Assembly (NCBI GenBank): GCA_002633005.1
Contig: NMRA01000068.1
Span: 18,526 to 82,525 of the forward strand
From: Phoronis australis
Lineage: Eukaryota; Animalia; Phoronida
Length of the DNA stretch: 64,000 nucleotides
Direction: 5' to 3'
Positions 1-12,700 of this stretch are shown here, one piece after another. The translations under genes were made by a program, and so were the position numbers. Under the pieces are notes generated by a model. It made no database searches and was not told where the DNA came from. It worked only from the letters and a program-made list of their open reading frames with translations. The number at the start of each line of letters is the position of its first letter. Position 1 is the stretch's first letter.

Positions 1-252
1 AAATAATTTCCACCTAGGTTGAAATAATTTCCACCCGGGTGAAAATAATTTCCACCTAGGTTGAAATAATTTCCACCCGGGTGAAAATAGTTTCCACCTA
101 GGTTGAAATAATTTCCACCCGGGTGGAAATTTCCACCTAGGTTGAAATAATTTCCACCTAGATTGAAATAGTTTCCACCCGGGTGAAAACAGTTTCCAAC
201 CAGGTGAAAATAGTTTCCACCTAGGTTGAATTATTTCCACCTAGGTGGAAAA
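1..252. repeat. ~21-bp minisatellite with palindromic cores (GAAATAATTTCCACCTAGGTT / GAAAATAATTTCCACCCGGGT)
   Basis: About 12 consecutive units with alternating ACCTAGGT and ACCCGGGT cores; the array runs off the window start. Confidence 0.9.
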
Positions 253-417
253 TGAAAAATGAAAAAATATTTAAACAAAAGTAGCGATGATACTTTCGGG
301 CCAGGCATGCACAACTACTTAAATGTGTTTGAAAATGAAAAAGACCAAATTAAGTAAATCACTTTTGTGTGAAACTGGTGAGACTTTACAGTAAGTGGTT
401 GTCCATGTTAGTTTCAG

Positions 418-567
418 CCATCCAGTACTGCCAGACCGATGAAGCTTGTCTCAACCTGGGTAGTCTGAAGTGTATCAAAAGCTACTGTGAATGGGGTCTC
501 TGCAGCTGCCCCAGGGGCAGGGTAGCCAGGTACATGGGCTCAGAGAAACTCTTCAAGTGTGTGCCAC
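418..567 (+). CDS. paralogue 1 exon A ([49 protein letters not shown])
   Basis: tttcag acceptor, gtaagt donor, 150 nt, 7 Cys; homologous to 22564-22716 and 52306-52461. Confidence 0.9.
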
Positions 568-3500
568 GTAAGTATCACGAGAACCAACGACACAACATGT
601 CAGAATTCTACCATTGATATAGCAAACTCTTAAATATCATGAAGAATTGTACAGAGGGATGGTCAACTTAAACGGCACATAATGCAGATAACAGAGCAAA
701 AAAATTTAAGAAACAAACTTTGAGCAATATTTTGCCCTTTTTGTCATTTGTCAAGCAAAAAAGTTTCATCATAAAATATCCACAAGACATATCGATGTAT
801 AAATTACTCTAGCAGAAGACACAGGCAACTTTTCCTCTTGCGAACGAGTACCCTGGTAATGCTGTTAAAAACAATATCGTTAACAAAGATCCTGATTTTC
901 AGCAATAACAGAATACGGGCAGAATTCAGGGAATCATTTGTGGAAATCAAGAGGTTCAGACGGAGTATGCATATTTCAGTAACAGATACCACAATTCTAA
1001 TATTTTTGGTTTTCAATACCTAAAAATTGACGATCTGTTTGCAGCAGGCATGTTTGAATATAGTTGTTATTCTTGTCATAAGGTGGAGCTGTTTATCCGC
1101 TTTTGAGAAATTCACATGGAGAGTAGCCAATTATCTTTGAAACGGAGCTGTGGCATAATTCAGCAGAAAACATGACATAACTCCCAGGTCCCTTTCATAT
1201 TATTCATCACTTTCAGGTAATAAGTAATTAAACAGAAAATGCTAATTTGTAAAGCACAGAATTTCATGTTTCCTAACATGGGTGTGTGAATGTTTTTGAA
1301 TACGGAAAGTCCACCAACACAAGGCAACTGTTGAGTATATCAACCAAGCACGTACCACTAATTTTTATACTACAGAGAGGAAAGTAGGGGAGGCCTGTTC
1401 TTCAGATGGTGCACAAGGAGTGTGTGGCGCGCCTGGCTCAGACTGTGACCCGGAAAAGAAAACTTGCAAGTGCACTTTGGGACATGCTAGATTTGGCGGC
1501 GAGACATGTATGAACTCCACTGAGGTCGTTCCTGGCGAGACACTGTCGGGAGATGGGAAGGAGTGTAGTATGGGCACAATCAGTTCAGGAAATAGTTTTG
1601 AACCGCATGCCGTTCTTGACTGGTCTCCCATCACATGTGGCTGTCCACGGGGAAGTAAGATTCAACTATGGAACGGCTTTATGAACGACTTTCAAGGGAA
1701 GAAGGTGCCTTACTGCATACCAGGTGAAGTAATATTTACCAGTAATTTGCCTTTGATACAAATTCACACAAGTATGAGATTACCTGGGAAAGTCAGCAAT
1801 TTGCATTACAAAATTAAGGTCTTCTTCTCCTATAGTGACGAAGAGGATTGACATCATAAGAAACAGAGCTTTTCACAACACATAATGTCACAACCCATTA
1901 ATATGCAGACCATAAGGTTCACTATAACACCCTAAGCTGATCTAGGCTCCTTTTTGTGGGAAGAAGAGCAATTGCCTTATCAGCAATCACTACAATTATA
2001 TAGTAACTCATAGAAGGACTGGTAGATAACTATGTATAAGTGTGTGTCATGCTGGACAGAAAGCTCTTTAAAGTCTGTTTCAAAAAGCAGACTTAAGATT
2101 TACATTAACAGCTGCTGTTAGTTTTGAATTATAACTAAATGGCACATGTCTCTCACACTACAAAATTGAATAGACACTGTTTTAAAGGTGCCGGGAACAA
2201 TGCCTTTTCATGTTCTGACAAACCCAAGATCTTTGTATCTATTGATGGCAATATTTATGACCTAAAATATAACCTTTGATGACCCAACGCAATGAAAAGA
2301 TTGGCAGCCTGGAACAAATTATTGTAAAGATAATTTAGATATCAGGTTTAACGCCAAGCATAGTGTTTTCTTTTACAGGCATTTCTTTTTGTATACAGTT
2401 ATTCTATGGACTGAGTGAAATGAATAATTTAGCAGCTGAAGCTATATTCACTAATACAAATTTGATTTGTTCTAAGTTGAAGATGGCAGTTATGATTTCA
2501 CGTAATTATTATTGTACAACACTATTAAAGCTCATGATTGAAATTCAAAAGTCAAACAAAATATTAAGACATCTTAAAAAGATATAATTTTCACAATTTT
2601 CTCTTCCGTGCAGTAAAGCTGGGTGACACGTGTCTACACGATGCAGACTGCACTGGGATATCTGGCAGTGTGTACTGCCTGAGCAACAAGTGTGCATGTA
2701 AAACATCAGGCGAGGTGGCTGATATTGATGGAACCAAGTGTGGCAAACGTGAGTTGAAAAATAATAACAACTTGTTCATAACTAAGTTCACTTATGGTAT
2801 GCGTAATTTTACATAGGACATTTCCTAAGCAAATGTACATAACTTCGTAAGTCACGAGTCATTTGAAATGCAATTATTAAAAGCTTTCTAATGAAAAACA
2901 GAACAGAGATCACAGCTTTAAGTTAGGTTCAGCCATTCAGGAGTTTTTTCTCTTTTTTAAATATTTTACTTCCACTTTTGTTACTTTTCTGACAGGCTAA
3001 TTGTGTGTATGAACATCATTTTGTGTCACTCCTGTTCAAGAATGTAAAAAAATCATTCATGCTGTTTAAACCTGTGGTCAGAGAGAAATTAATATTCATG
3101 AGTTCTACAATAGCAACAACCCGAGTGTCTAAGTGTTGAATAAAAAACTGCACAGAATGGTGTTTTGTATCTTAAAGATTCTTATAGATGTGACTAAAGT
3201 CAAATTATTTTCAGCTCTATCCTTTGGGGACAAATGCTCAGGCTTAGTGGCTTTGACTCATGTGTGTTACGGTAGTGATGGCCTAGCCTGTGGTGACGTG
3301 TGCGATGCCAGCGGAAGTTTGGACCGCAAATGTGACTGCCACTATACGCACAGAAAGGCAGGGAAAACGTGTATCAAGAGTAAGTTGCCACGCAAACATG
3401 CAACTGATCTGTGAATAATTCAGAATGTATAAGCATTGTTCAAATTTCCATTAAAAGACAGATGCTCAATCTGAAACTTGGGATATAAAAAACCTAGTAG

Positions 3501-4852
3501 ATTACCGTAAACGTTCGGCTTAACGCCCATGCTCAGTTAACCGCCCACCCCCTACTTTAGGTGGATTTTCGATTTAACCGCCCACTGCTCGGTTAAGCGC
3601 CCCCCTGCGATTTTTGAAGATTTCCAATTAAGTGCCCACCTCTCGGTTAAGCGCCCATCCCCGACTTTTAAAGAATGAAGATTTAGCGCCCAGTACTAAG
3701 GAAACGCGCGATTCTCCGACTTTTAGAAAAAGATCGATGATCACAATGAGCGCAACAACGCCGGGCCTTCGAGACGGTGGTTTAGCAATGTGAATTGCAA
3801 TTATAAAAGTAACGAGTTATTGTCTTGGGTCAAGGACTCACTTCAAAATATAATACTTGAATGTTTTTGTCACTTTATTTTCTTCCCATGTTTGCAAAGT
3901 TTAAGAACACCGCCGGCGTCAAAACCTCCGCTTTCAGCGACTTTGTCTGCCGCGCTAGTACGAGACTGTAACCATAAATCTGATGTCTGCTGTGACCTCT
4001 GCAACACGTGAAGCTTGCACGCGCGCACTTTAGCAAGATGAAATAGTTGCAATCCAAGTAGAGGCTGCGTGGTCACTGGTCGTCTGCGCTCTACACTACA
4101 GGGCTAAATAACAAGACCGCAGGACGGCACGGGGCTATTACTCAGCAATTCTGTAAATTTAATAGTGAATAACTAATCTGAGGGCATGATAACCTTTGTT
4201 AGGATCATCCGCTGTTATGAAATTTTTCCCGTCATGTGGCGACGTGACGATAACGCTCTTTGAAAAGTGCTACGCATTCCGAGTAGGCCTACGACTATGT
4301 GTGTGGTGTGGGTACTTAGATCACGAGGTAAGATTAACCGCCCAGGGCGCTTGCCTGTCGTAATAAGCGCCCATGTTCGGTTAACCGCCCACCCTGGATT
4401 TTTTGAAGTTTCACGTTTAAGCGCCCATGTCTGGTTAACCGCCCACCCCCGATTTGTTGGGTTTGCCAATTTAACCGCCCAGGGCGTTAACCCGAACGTT
4501 TACGGTAGTATGTACTAATATAATGAAAAAACATCGTCAATTAGTAGAAGTGAGACAAAGACAGCACAACAGGACAATCAGGATGGTTATCAAATGTGTC
4601 TACAGCAGTTGTGACAACAGTCACTACAAGCCAGCTCCCCTTTTTGAGTTACCTATTAAAGACTCTGTCTGTTAGCCATAGGTGTTGTCCACACACAGAT
4701 TTACCCTAGAACAAGTTACTTCTGGAACAAGTTGTTACTAGGTTAAAGGGCTGTGTGGACACTACGGTATTTCAACTAGTGCAACTTAGCCCACTTGTGA
4801 CAACTTACTCCACCTTATCAATGTAGGGTAATTTGTTCAAGGGTAACTTGCT

Positions 4853-4884
<32 letters not shown>

Positions 4885-6987
4885 TGCGTGTGGACGGGAC
4901 TACAGAGTGGCACAAATTCAACAGCATGACTTATACATGATATTGTCTTACATTTAGCTCATGTTTGATGCTGTTACATTAATGTGGGCCACTGTTTTGC
5001 CAGTACCAATCCCCTAAGTCATTCACTGAATAAAGTTGTCAGTCAGTGAATGGCCCAGTTCCTCAAAATCAGGGGCTGTTAAACTATTGCCTTCATTTTT
5101 AAGCAACCAGTAAAAATGCAACTGATACTGTATCTTTTTAACTCCAGGAAAACTAGGAGACAGTTGTTCTGGTGATATGAACTGTCATGCCGTCAACACT
5201 AATGCCATATGTGTAGACGGGAAATGTAGAAATGGTGAGTTTTTATTTGTCTCTTCATTCTAGTTTTACTATCACTAGGTAACAAAAGCCATACACAAAA
5301 CAGTGTTTTTAGTAACCATGACAGTGACAGAGCCCAACCTGTTCTGGTACAATTAGGTTTAGATCAGAGGTAATCAATTACAGCTTGGTTGTTAAGCTCA
5401 TGAATTTTTATGACAAACGTAAATAGGCTCAATCAGATGTACAGTGGGTTTAGTAGTAAGCTTTGACTCAAACAACAGTTAGGTGAAATTTTAAATAATC
5501 ACGCATAATTTACACACAGTCTCCAAACATTAGGGTATACCGGCAGTAAACAGAGAACTGACTTAGAAGGCTTGAAACACAAACGTGTATCATCGAAAAA
5601 ATTACACTAAACAATTCCTCAATTAATTTCAAAAAGACCTGCTATAAGCTCAAAATCCTATTTTTGAAAATCTTTTGGACTAAAATTAAAGCGCGGAATC
5701 TTTATTGATCAAAGTCTTGAAAAATATAGTTTTACCAAAATTCTATATGTGTAACAGGGCAGGACTGGACTTACTCGCAAACTACATCATCAAAGTACAA
5801 CCAGATTAGCTAATGAAATGCTCTCAGGCTGGACTATGCTCTGCAGCACTAAGTAGTAACTTCGAGCCTTTCTCATACACGCGATACAAGCTATTTTGCT
5901 TTAACAGGCATGGAACACAAAAACTAATCAAAAATACAATTTACACAGATTCAAATAAAAATATATATCTGTAACATTTCTCAAAAAGTTATTCACTTCG
6001 ACCTGTGCCTCAATTTTGTAAAAACATCCACTCACTTCACTAATTTTGAAATACACTGAGAATAAAAGCTCAGTTCACGAACACTTTCAATCTTCCCTGC
6101 AAACTTGGACCACTCCCAGCGTCCAAGACATGACATAATGAGCATGCACTCCTCATATATTCATAAGACTTTACGGAAAGATACCAAGCAAATTTGAGTG
6201 TTTTAAAGACTTGTGTTATGCTCACTCAGAGTAAGAAGTCCATGCGCACTCAACAGGGACATAAATTATTAAAACGATCCCTTATGTCCCCAAGTCAATT
6301 GTAACTAGAAACACAAGTTTAAACAAGCTTTTATCTCCCTGACTACATTTCTTCATATTCAGGTGATGACGGTCCACACTTTACTAAGCTGCGCAATTTT
6401 ACAGTTCTGTAGGACCCTTAAGTATTAAACAATATTTATGGTAAAATCTTACGTGTTTCTGACACAACATGGCAGACGTGAAATTTTGTTTTCTCAAGAA
6501 TGTTTTTCTAATTCTGTACCACAGCTACCACCAGAGAATAGTTTTTGAAAACTTATGGGCATTCGCAAACGTGTTGTGAACCTTTGAAAAATGAAAACAG
6601 GCAAATCTGATAATTATTGGAGTCGGATATTGGTGAGGTTTTACTGTAGTTCAAGCCAAAGTCGAAAAAATCATGTAAATCTAGTTCAATTTTTACATTT
6701 AAAGCCATCAATAAACTCTCAGTATTCCGTCCATAGTGTTGCCATCTGCAATTAGGAACGTAAGCCAACTCCCCATATCGAAAACCAAAAATAGAAAGTC
6801 CTATCCCAAATTGTTAATGAAAATAACTGTGGCATTGCATGGAACTTTAAGTGCTTAATTTTCTTAAACTTAATTTGAATGTTTCCACATTATTCTCAGC
6901 TTGAAGTATTGTGTATTTTCAGGGTCTCCAGCACCAGGTCATGTCTGTCTTAGCCTCTTGCTTTTAGGAATGCATCTGGCTAGTTAA
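418..6987 (+). CDS. Cys-rich EB/EGF-like putative GPI-anchored protein, paralogue 1 (5'-partial; exons 418-567, 1376-1723, 2614-2748, 3215-3379, 5148-5234, 6923-6987)
   Basis: Canonical AG/GT junctions, all phase 1, give an open spliced frame ending ...CRNGSPAPGHVCLSLLLLGMHLAS*. Exon-by-exon homology to two other copies in the window. Signal-peptide exons presumably lie upstream of the window. Confidence 0.88.
1376..1723 (+). CDS. paralogue 1 exon B (RKVGEACSSDG...RFGGETC...FQGKKVPYCIP)
   Basis: tacag acceptor, gtgaag donor, 348 nt, 10 Cys. Confidence 0.9.
2614..2748 (+). CDS. paralogue 1 exon C (KLGDTCLHDADCTGISGSVYCLSNKCACKTSGEVADIDGTKCGK)
   Basis: tgcag acceptor, gtgagt donor, 135 nt, 6 Cys in an EB-like spacing. 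Confidence 0.9.
3215..3379 (+). CDS. paralogue 1 exon D (LSFGDKCSGLVALTHVCYGSDGLACGDVC...TCIK)
   Basis: tttcag acceptor, gtaagt donor, 165 nt, 7 Cys. Confidence 0.9.
3503..4507. mobile_element. non-autonomous TA-target DNA transposon (Tc1/mariner-pogo-like MITE), copy 1
   Basis: TA-CCGTAAACGTTCGG...CCGAACGTTTACGG-TA terminal inverted repeats; many subterminal TTAA(C/G)CGCCCA motifs; shared blocks closely match 45417-47233. Confidence 0.88.
4853..4892. repeat. (TG)n(CGTG)n microsatellite
   Basis: tgtgtgtgtgtgtgcgtgcgtgcgtgcgtgcgtgcgtgtg seen directly. Confidence 0.85.
5148..5234 (+). CDS. paralogue 1 exon E (KLGDSCSGDMNCHAVNTNAICVDGKCRN)
   Basis: tccag acceptor, gtgagt donor; 87 nt in all three paralogues; 4 Cys. 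Confidence 0.9.
6923..6987 (+). CDS. paralogue 1 terminal exon, GPI-signal-like (GSPAPGHVCLSLLLLGMHLAS*)
   Basis: tttcag acceptor; 65 coding nt to the stop, as in the other copies; hydrophobic C-terminus with no cytoplasmic tail. Confidence 0.75.
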
Positions 6988-7811
6988 GAAGCAGTGGCTT
7001 CAGGTCGCATTTAGCCGACACTAGTTGACACGGAACAACCAACAGAGAACGAGATGATCAGATGCAACTTTTGTTGTCCATTTCTTAGAGAAGGTAAATT
7101 GTTCCTGATCATCTCGTTCTGTATCATCTATCAACCTCAACACAAAAGTGGAAAGGCAGAAAAGATCATCTCAATTGCACTTGAGCAGCAGCATACATAC
7201 GAGTGATCATTTTGACCATTCAACGACTTGTCTTTCAGCTTCATTTTGTCAATTTCTATACCGGTTATGTCTGCAACAACCTGCTTAAACCCTGCTAGTT
7301 TGCACCAACAGAGCGATAAAGAGCATAATGCTGTTTGTTCGTGCTCTTGATGCTGGAAGATGGCCAAACACTGTTGAGGTGACTTCCAAGATCCGACATT
7401 CTACATCTGCATGGTTATACAGTTGTTGCTACTCTGATGTTGACATGCCATGGTGACAAAAAACGTACATAACAGCTGGAATTCTACATGGTTTTGGGCA
7501 TTCACCACTGTTAACCAGAGGGTACCCTGACTATCTTGTGACTGACTTTTGTACTGATTCAGTTTAAAGTAATGTACAAAAAGAATTGACACAGATCAAC
7601 TTGTGCCAAGACAACTCCTTCGGTTCCGTGTCAAGTGTGTCTTGTAAAAGCGACTACTGACAACAAATAATGAAAAGAATTAGGTTATGTATTGTTCTAA
7701 TTTAAAAAGATGGTGGGCAAGGTGATCGCAATAAAGTTTCTCTCTCAGTTTGAACAATCAGCAAATGTTTTATACTTTTTTGCCTTTAAAGCTGCTATGG
7801 ATCAACATTAA

Positions 7812-7974
7812 CTAAAAACTAAGTTTAGATTTAGACCGTTTACCATAACTATAAAAACTAAGTTTAGATTTAGACTGTTTACCATAATTCTAAAAACTAA
7901 GTTTAGATTTAGACCACTTACCATAATTCTAAAGAACTAATTTTAGATATAGGCCATCTACCGTAATGCTAAAA
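7812..7974. repeat. ~39-bp minisatellite, 4 units
   Basis: TAAAAACTAAGTTTAGATTTAGACCGTTTACCATAA repeated; the last unit is degenerate. Confidence 0.88.
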
Positions 7975-8274
7975 GCCACAATACGAGGCTTTTCACTCAG
8001 ATTAGAAGTGATTTCTGGACTTGAGAAGAACTGACACTTTGTCTTTTGATGTGAGAAGGCTCCATCTAAAAGAATTAGGTTGACGCCACACAACAATGAC
8101 CTGTCACTTAATGTCCAGCATGAAACAGCACCAAACACGGATTCAACTAAGTCCCCTAAATATTGTGCATATTTGCGTCTTTGTTTACCCACATATATGG
8201 TTTTCTATCTGTTCATCTTCATTAGGAGTACCACTCAGTACCATTTTCTAATATGTTTAAAAACCAAGTCCTAA

Positions 8275-8585
8275 TTTCTATGAAAATAAATAGCAACTTC
8301 TTACGTAAATAATGTTGTTCACATGAAAAGATACGAATTGACTTTTAACAATTATATTGAAAGTTCAATGTAGAGTTTACTGTCAGTATATATCAAACCC
8401 CAAAATAGACTAAACAGTGTTAATGTTTCTATAAAAATAAACAGGAACATATTTCGTAAATTAAGTTGTTTGCATGAAAATATCCCAATCGATTTTCAAT
8501 AATATTGAAAATTCAATGTAGAGTTCACTGTCAGTATATACCAAATCCAAAAAATTGACCAGTCGTGAAAATGAAACTGTATAAA
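8275..8585. repeat. diverged ~150-bp tandem duplication
   Basis: TTTCTAT.AAAATAAA...CATGAAAA...TTCAATGTAGAGTT.ACTGTCAGTATATA occurs twice about 150 bp apart. Confidence 0.7.
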
Positions 8586-9718
8586 GAAAGACAACCGTGT
8601 TTTCACAAGTCCATAGATGTGGTAAAAAGTTAAGAAACATTACTGAGTTTCTATTTGGGAGTTGGGACTGTTCCACACAATGGGCCACTCAAGCCCACAA
8701 AACACTAAATCTAACCTGAGTTATGACAGAGACAATTTTATAATGATCGTAATCTAAGGTTACCTACTTTTTGTTCGAATGCAAGTAGCAAACAGCTTTG
8801 AAACACATTACAATACATCCTAAGATTTCACATTTTGTCTTAAGGCGCATTTGTACAGTTTACACAACAATTAACTTTTACACATAATTCAGTATACAAA
8901 AACAATTGTTTATACTGTTCATTAATAGTTTGTTTCTGTTACTTTTGAAATGACCACAATAAAGATAAATTGCCTCTGGACTTGCTCGTTTTATTTGAAG
9001 GCCAACCAAGTAGCAATGAGGAAATCTTCAAATATTTTTGTATTCCTAATTAATTTGCTGAAATTGTTAAAAAAATCAAGTACAGCAATACACAAAATGT
9101 ACCGAGAGTGGTGTACACGAAGTAATATCCCACGAGACATTATTCCGCGTATCGACTGAGACCGATACGCGGATTAAGGTCGAGTCGACAATGGCCTACC
9201 TTTTGAACTTTCCATATCAGAGTTCGCTGTTGAAGTAGTGCGGGAGGTGAATGCCGAAAACTTTATTTCATGGCCGTATTTCCCTCGACAGATTCAATGC
9301 GAGTGGGATAAAAGACAATAAATCACACACACGCAGGCATGTACAGTGTGAGTTTTTTTCTGTTTGAAATAAAAAATTGAAGACAAAAATGAAGTATTTA
9401 CAAAGAAAATGTCAATCTTTCTTTTTTATCTAAATGCAACCTGCAGTATCTATAATTAACAAGGTTCAAACACACCACATAAACAAGGGTCACACTGCTG
9501 TGATCACCTCTATAGTCCATTGTTAAAACAATTAATACGCATATTTCAAGGAACTCATTTGTTGCCAAGGAAACCACGGTAGCAAAACACAACATTGAAA
9601 TAACCTTGTACACGACAATAATAAAATAGAGTGAACGGTGATTCTGATGCTACAAGATTAATACGACACTCGTAACGGAGGTACCGTATTGCTAGCACAG
9701 TTGAAAAACTGCGGAAGG

Positions 9719-9745
9719 ATGAGCTCTGTTGGAGTTGCAACAGTG
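9719..9745 (+). CDS. paralogue 2 putative first coding exon (MSSVGVATV)
   Basis: aggATGa start, strong GTG|gtaagt phase-0 donor; joins the 43-nt exon into a signal peptide. Confidence 0.55.
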
Positions 9746-12700
9746 GTAAGTAAGTTTAAAATACAAACTATGAATGATCAATACTACAAAAAATAGTAGT
9801 TGTAATTCAGAATAAACAAGCATGTCATGAGCTTATTCAATTCATATTGTGGGGATATTGGGTCAATTAGTCATGTACACAATGCTGTAAAGTTTCCACC
9901 TAGGTCTAACTATAATTACTACTAATCAACTTACTTTAAGTACTGTAACCAACCATCTCAGATTACACCATCTCCCAATTTTTGGGAGAAAAAACTTTTC
10001 AGTGTCCACGCTTAAGAAAATAATGCAGTAACCCAAACTGAAAATTTACCAAAGGTTACTGTATTGGGGATTTGACAACAAAAAATCGATAAGTCATTTG
10101 TAGCGTATAAATGACAAATTAGCCAATAACCAAGTAATAGCCTTTTCACCCAAGAACACTACATGTGAATAAGCATTTTCAAATAACACCGATGACCTAT
10201 AAGCATGCATGCTCATTGATCGGTAATGATAAGATACATTAAAGAATTTGAATTTGTTGAAAAAATATCTATTAGGAATACTTTGTAAAGTTAAGAAGTT
10301 CAGATAATAACCGTTTATGGTGAACTCGTACCAGTTTTGGACAAAACTAAATGCCAAGGGAAATGCTAAGCATTGAAGTGCACACAGGACTGATATCGTA
10401 TGCCTAGATGTATTCATCAGTGTAACGAAAATGGCCACTAGATGGCGCAGAATATATGAGCCCATCTGAAAATGGAAAGTCGTTGTCATCTACTTAATAG
10501 AAAATTATTTGTGAAATTTCACGAAAATACATCAAAGAACTTCAAAAGATAAACCCAAAATGCCTTAAAAAATTCAAAACTACCACTAGGAAGCATATTG
10601 GCAGTCAGATCCAGCCAAAAAGTCATCAGGTCTCATCACAGGAACAAACTTGCAAAACTTTACAAAGATTCCACCGCTTGGTTTAGGATATAGACAAACA
10701 GATGCAAAACGCCACTAGGAAGTGCTACAGTAGTCGGACACCATTATCTATTCTTTTTCAACTCATATCCTATACCTATTTTTGAAATTGTGAATCCGTC
10801 CTTATAGGAACTACTGTCATCTAACTGCCAGTACAATTTTTAACTGTCAGTTCTCATTTATTCTGGATTACACAAGCATATGAACAAGAGACATGACCCA
10901 ATCACCAAGATGTGACTTTCAAATGCACAAATCAAAATTTGACAAGTTTCTGTTACGGGAAAACTACTTTCCCACTTGGAATGTAAGCTCATTGAACAAC
11001 TGGGTGGGTCTTTATTTTTCACTTCCTTAATTCAACAAGTAATGGTAATTTCAAGAGTGGCACCGCTGGACATAATAAGCTTATTAATCTAGGGTGCTGT
11101 GCAACAAGAAAACGAACAAGTAGTAAAATCAGAAGCCATGCCCAACATTACAGATTATTGTATAAATCACACCGGCCAAGGTTGTATCTGGTTTACAACT
11201 GGAAGGTCAGCATTGAAATGGATTACACCCATTACTAGGAGACAAACTGAACTGATTATCTAAACACATGTAAAACACAATTATACCAATTCTGTTCTTT
11301 ATTGGTGAAGTCAGTTCAAGATCATAACTTAGTATGGTTCAAAGAGTTTTAATTCTATAGGAAATTCTTGGTCTGTAACGTACAAGTGAGAGTCAACAGT
11401 GAAACACTAAAACCTATAGAATATACATTTCAACCTTGTTTAGTTTGACAAGATTGTTAGCTGCTAGCCATACACAATAGATGGCACTGCACATCAACTA
11501 TCTCATCTGTATATGCAAGGGAATCCTCAAAAGGAATAGTCTTCCTTGCAAAATTTTTTAAGTGTCTCTTTCCTCTCCCAGGATTAGTGTTATTTGAGAA
11601 TCCACTGTACGGTCCTTGACAACATAATGCAACTGTCCCCTTCAGCTTGCTAATACAATAAAACATTTACAAATAATTCATGGGTACAATTGGGAAACAC
11701 TTGTTTAGAGTGACAGCCCATGGCCTACCAAGGATACACTCATCAATTCGCTCTCCTTTTCACTTAGTAGATTTTACAAAGAATTCACTTAAACAACTCA
11801 AAACTTCTGTAAATGAACTCCAGGCAGAACACAGAACATAATGCACGAGTTAAAGTTTTAAATGTGCCAAACAGTATTTTTAAATGTGACCCGAGGGGAT
11901 CAGGAAATTTCAAGGCAATAATACGAGGAACAAAGCAAATTTTTACTATGTTCATTTATTATTTGGCGGAATTCTGGGAATTCCGACAAGTATGTTGGTC
12001 TGACAGCAAGTTTTTTCTGTTTGTTCGCTCTCAACAGGTCGCAATTTTCGTCAGATTCACACGAAATTTGCACACAACGTGTAGATCAGAATGTCCTGGA
12101 AGCCTATTCTTCTTGGTCATGATCGGATTCAAAATGGCGGACATGGTGGCCATTTTGTTTCCGGTTTCAGATTCAAATGCTCATAGTGGCCGCATTTTTT
12201 GACGCACAAGGCTGAAAGTTGGCAATTTAGATAGAGTTTTGGACGGGCTATCAGAAGATATTTTTCATTTTTCGCTATGTCTTCTTTTTGAATTATTCGA
12301 GATTTTCTGATAGCCCTGTTCCTTTATTGACAGCTCTTGCTGCACTGATGTTGGTTTAGCTTCTGTTGAACAAGACCATGAAGACATTGCTCATAGAGGC
12401 AGCATTTTTTGACGTGCAGGGCTGAAAATTGGTACGATTATTATAGCACACAAGCACTACAACTGCGCTGTAAATCTTTAACTTCCGGTCTTGGTGGCGG
12501 AAATATCAGCAATGGCGCACGCGCACCTCGATAACTAGCCGAAAATGTTTTCTCCTGTAGAGGGCACATTGGCGAACCAATCATTTTCAAACTGGTCACG
12601 TGTTTCTTGCTTTTGATCAGCTTTTATAAAATTTTGTTGAACCGCAAGTCACTTTCGAGATGGCGGCTCTGGCGAATTTTCACCCATTTTCGATCGTTCT

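Noticed and set aside
1-252. CRISPR-like appearance of the palindromic repeats
   Set aside because: No unique spacers, no cas genes, and the context is eukaryotic.
4215-4518. ORFs repeated at 46993-47250 as a duplicated gene
   Set aside because: They are translations of MITE subterminal repeats.
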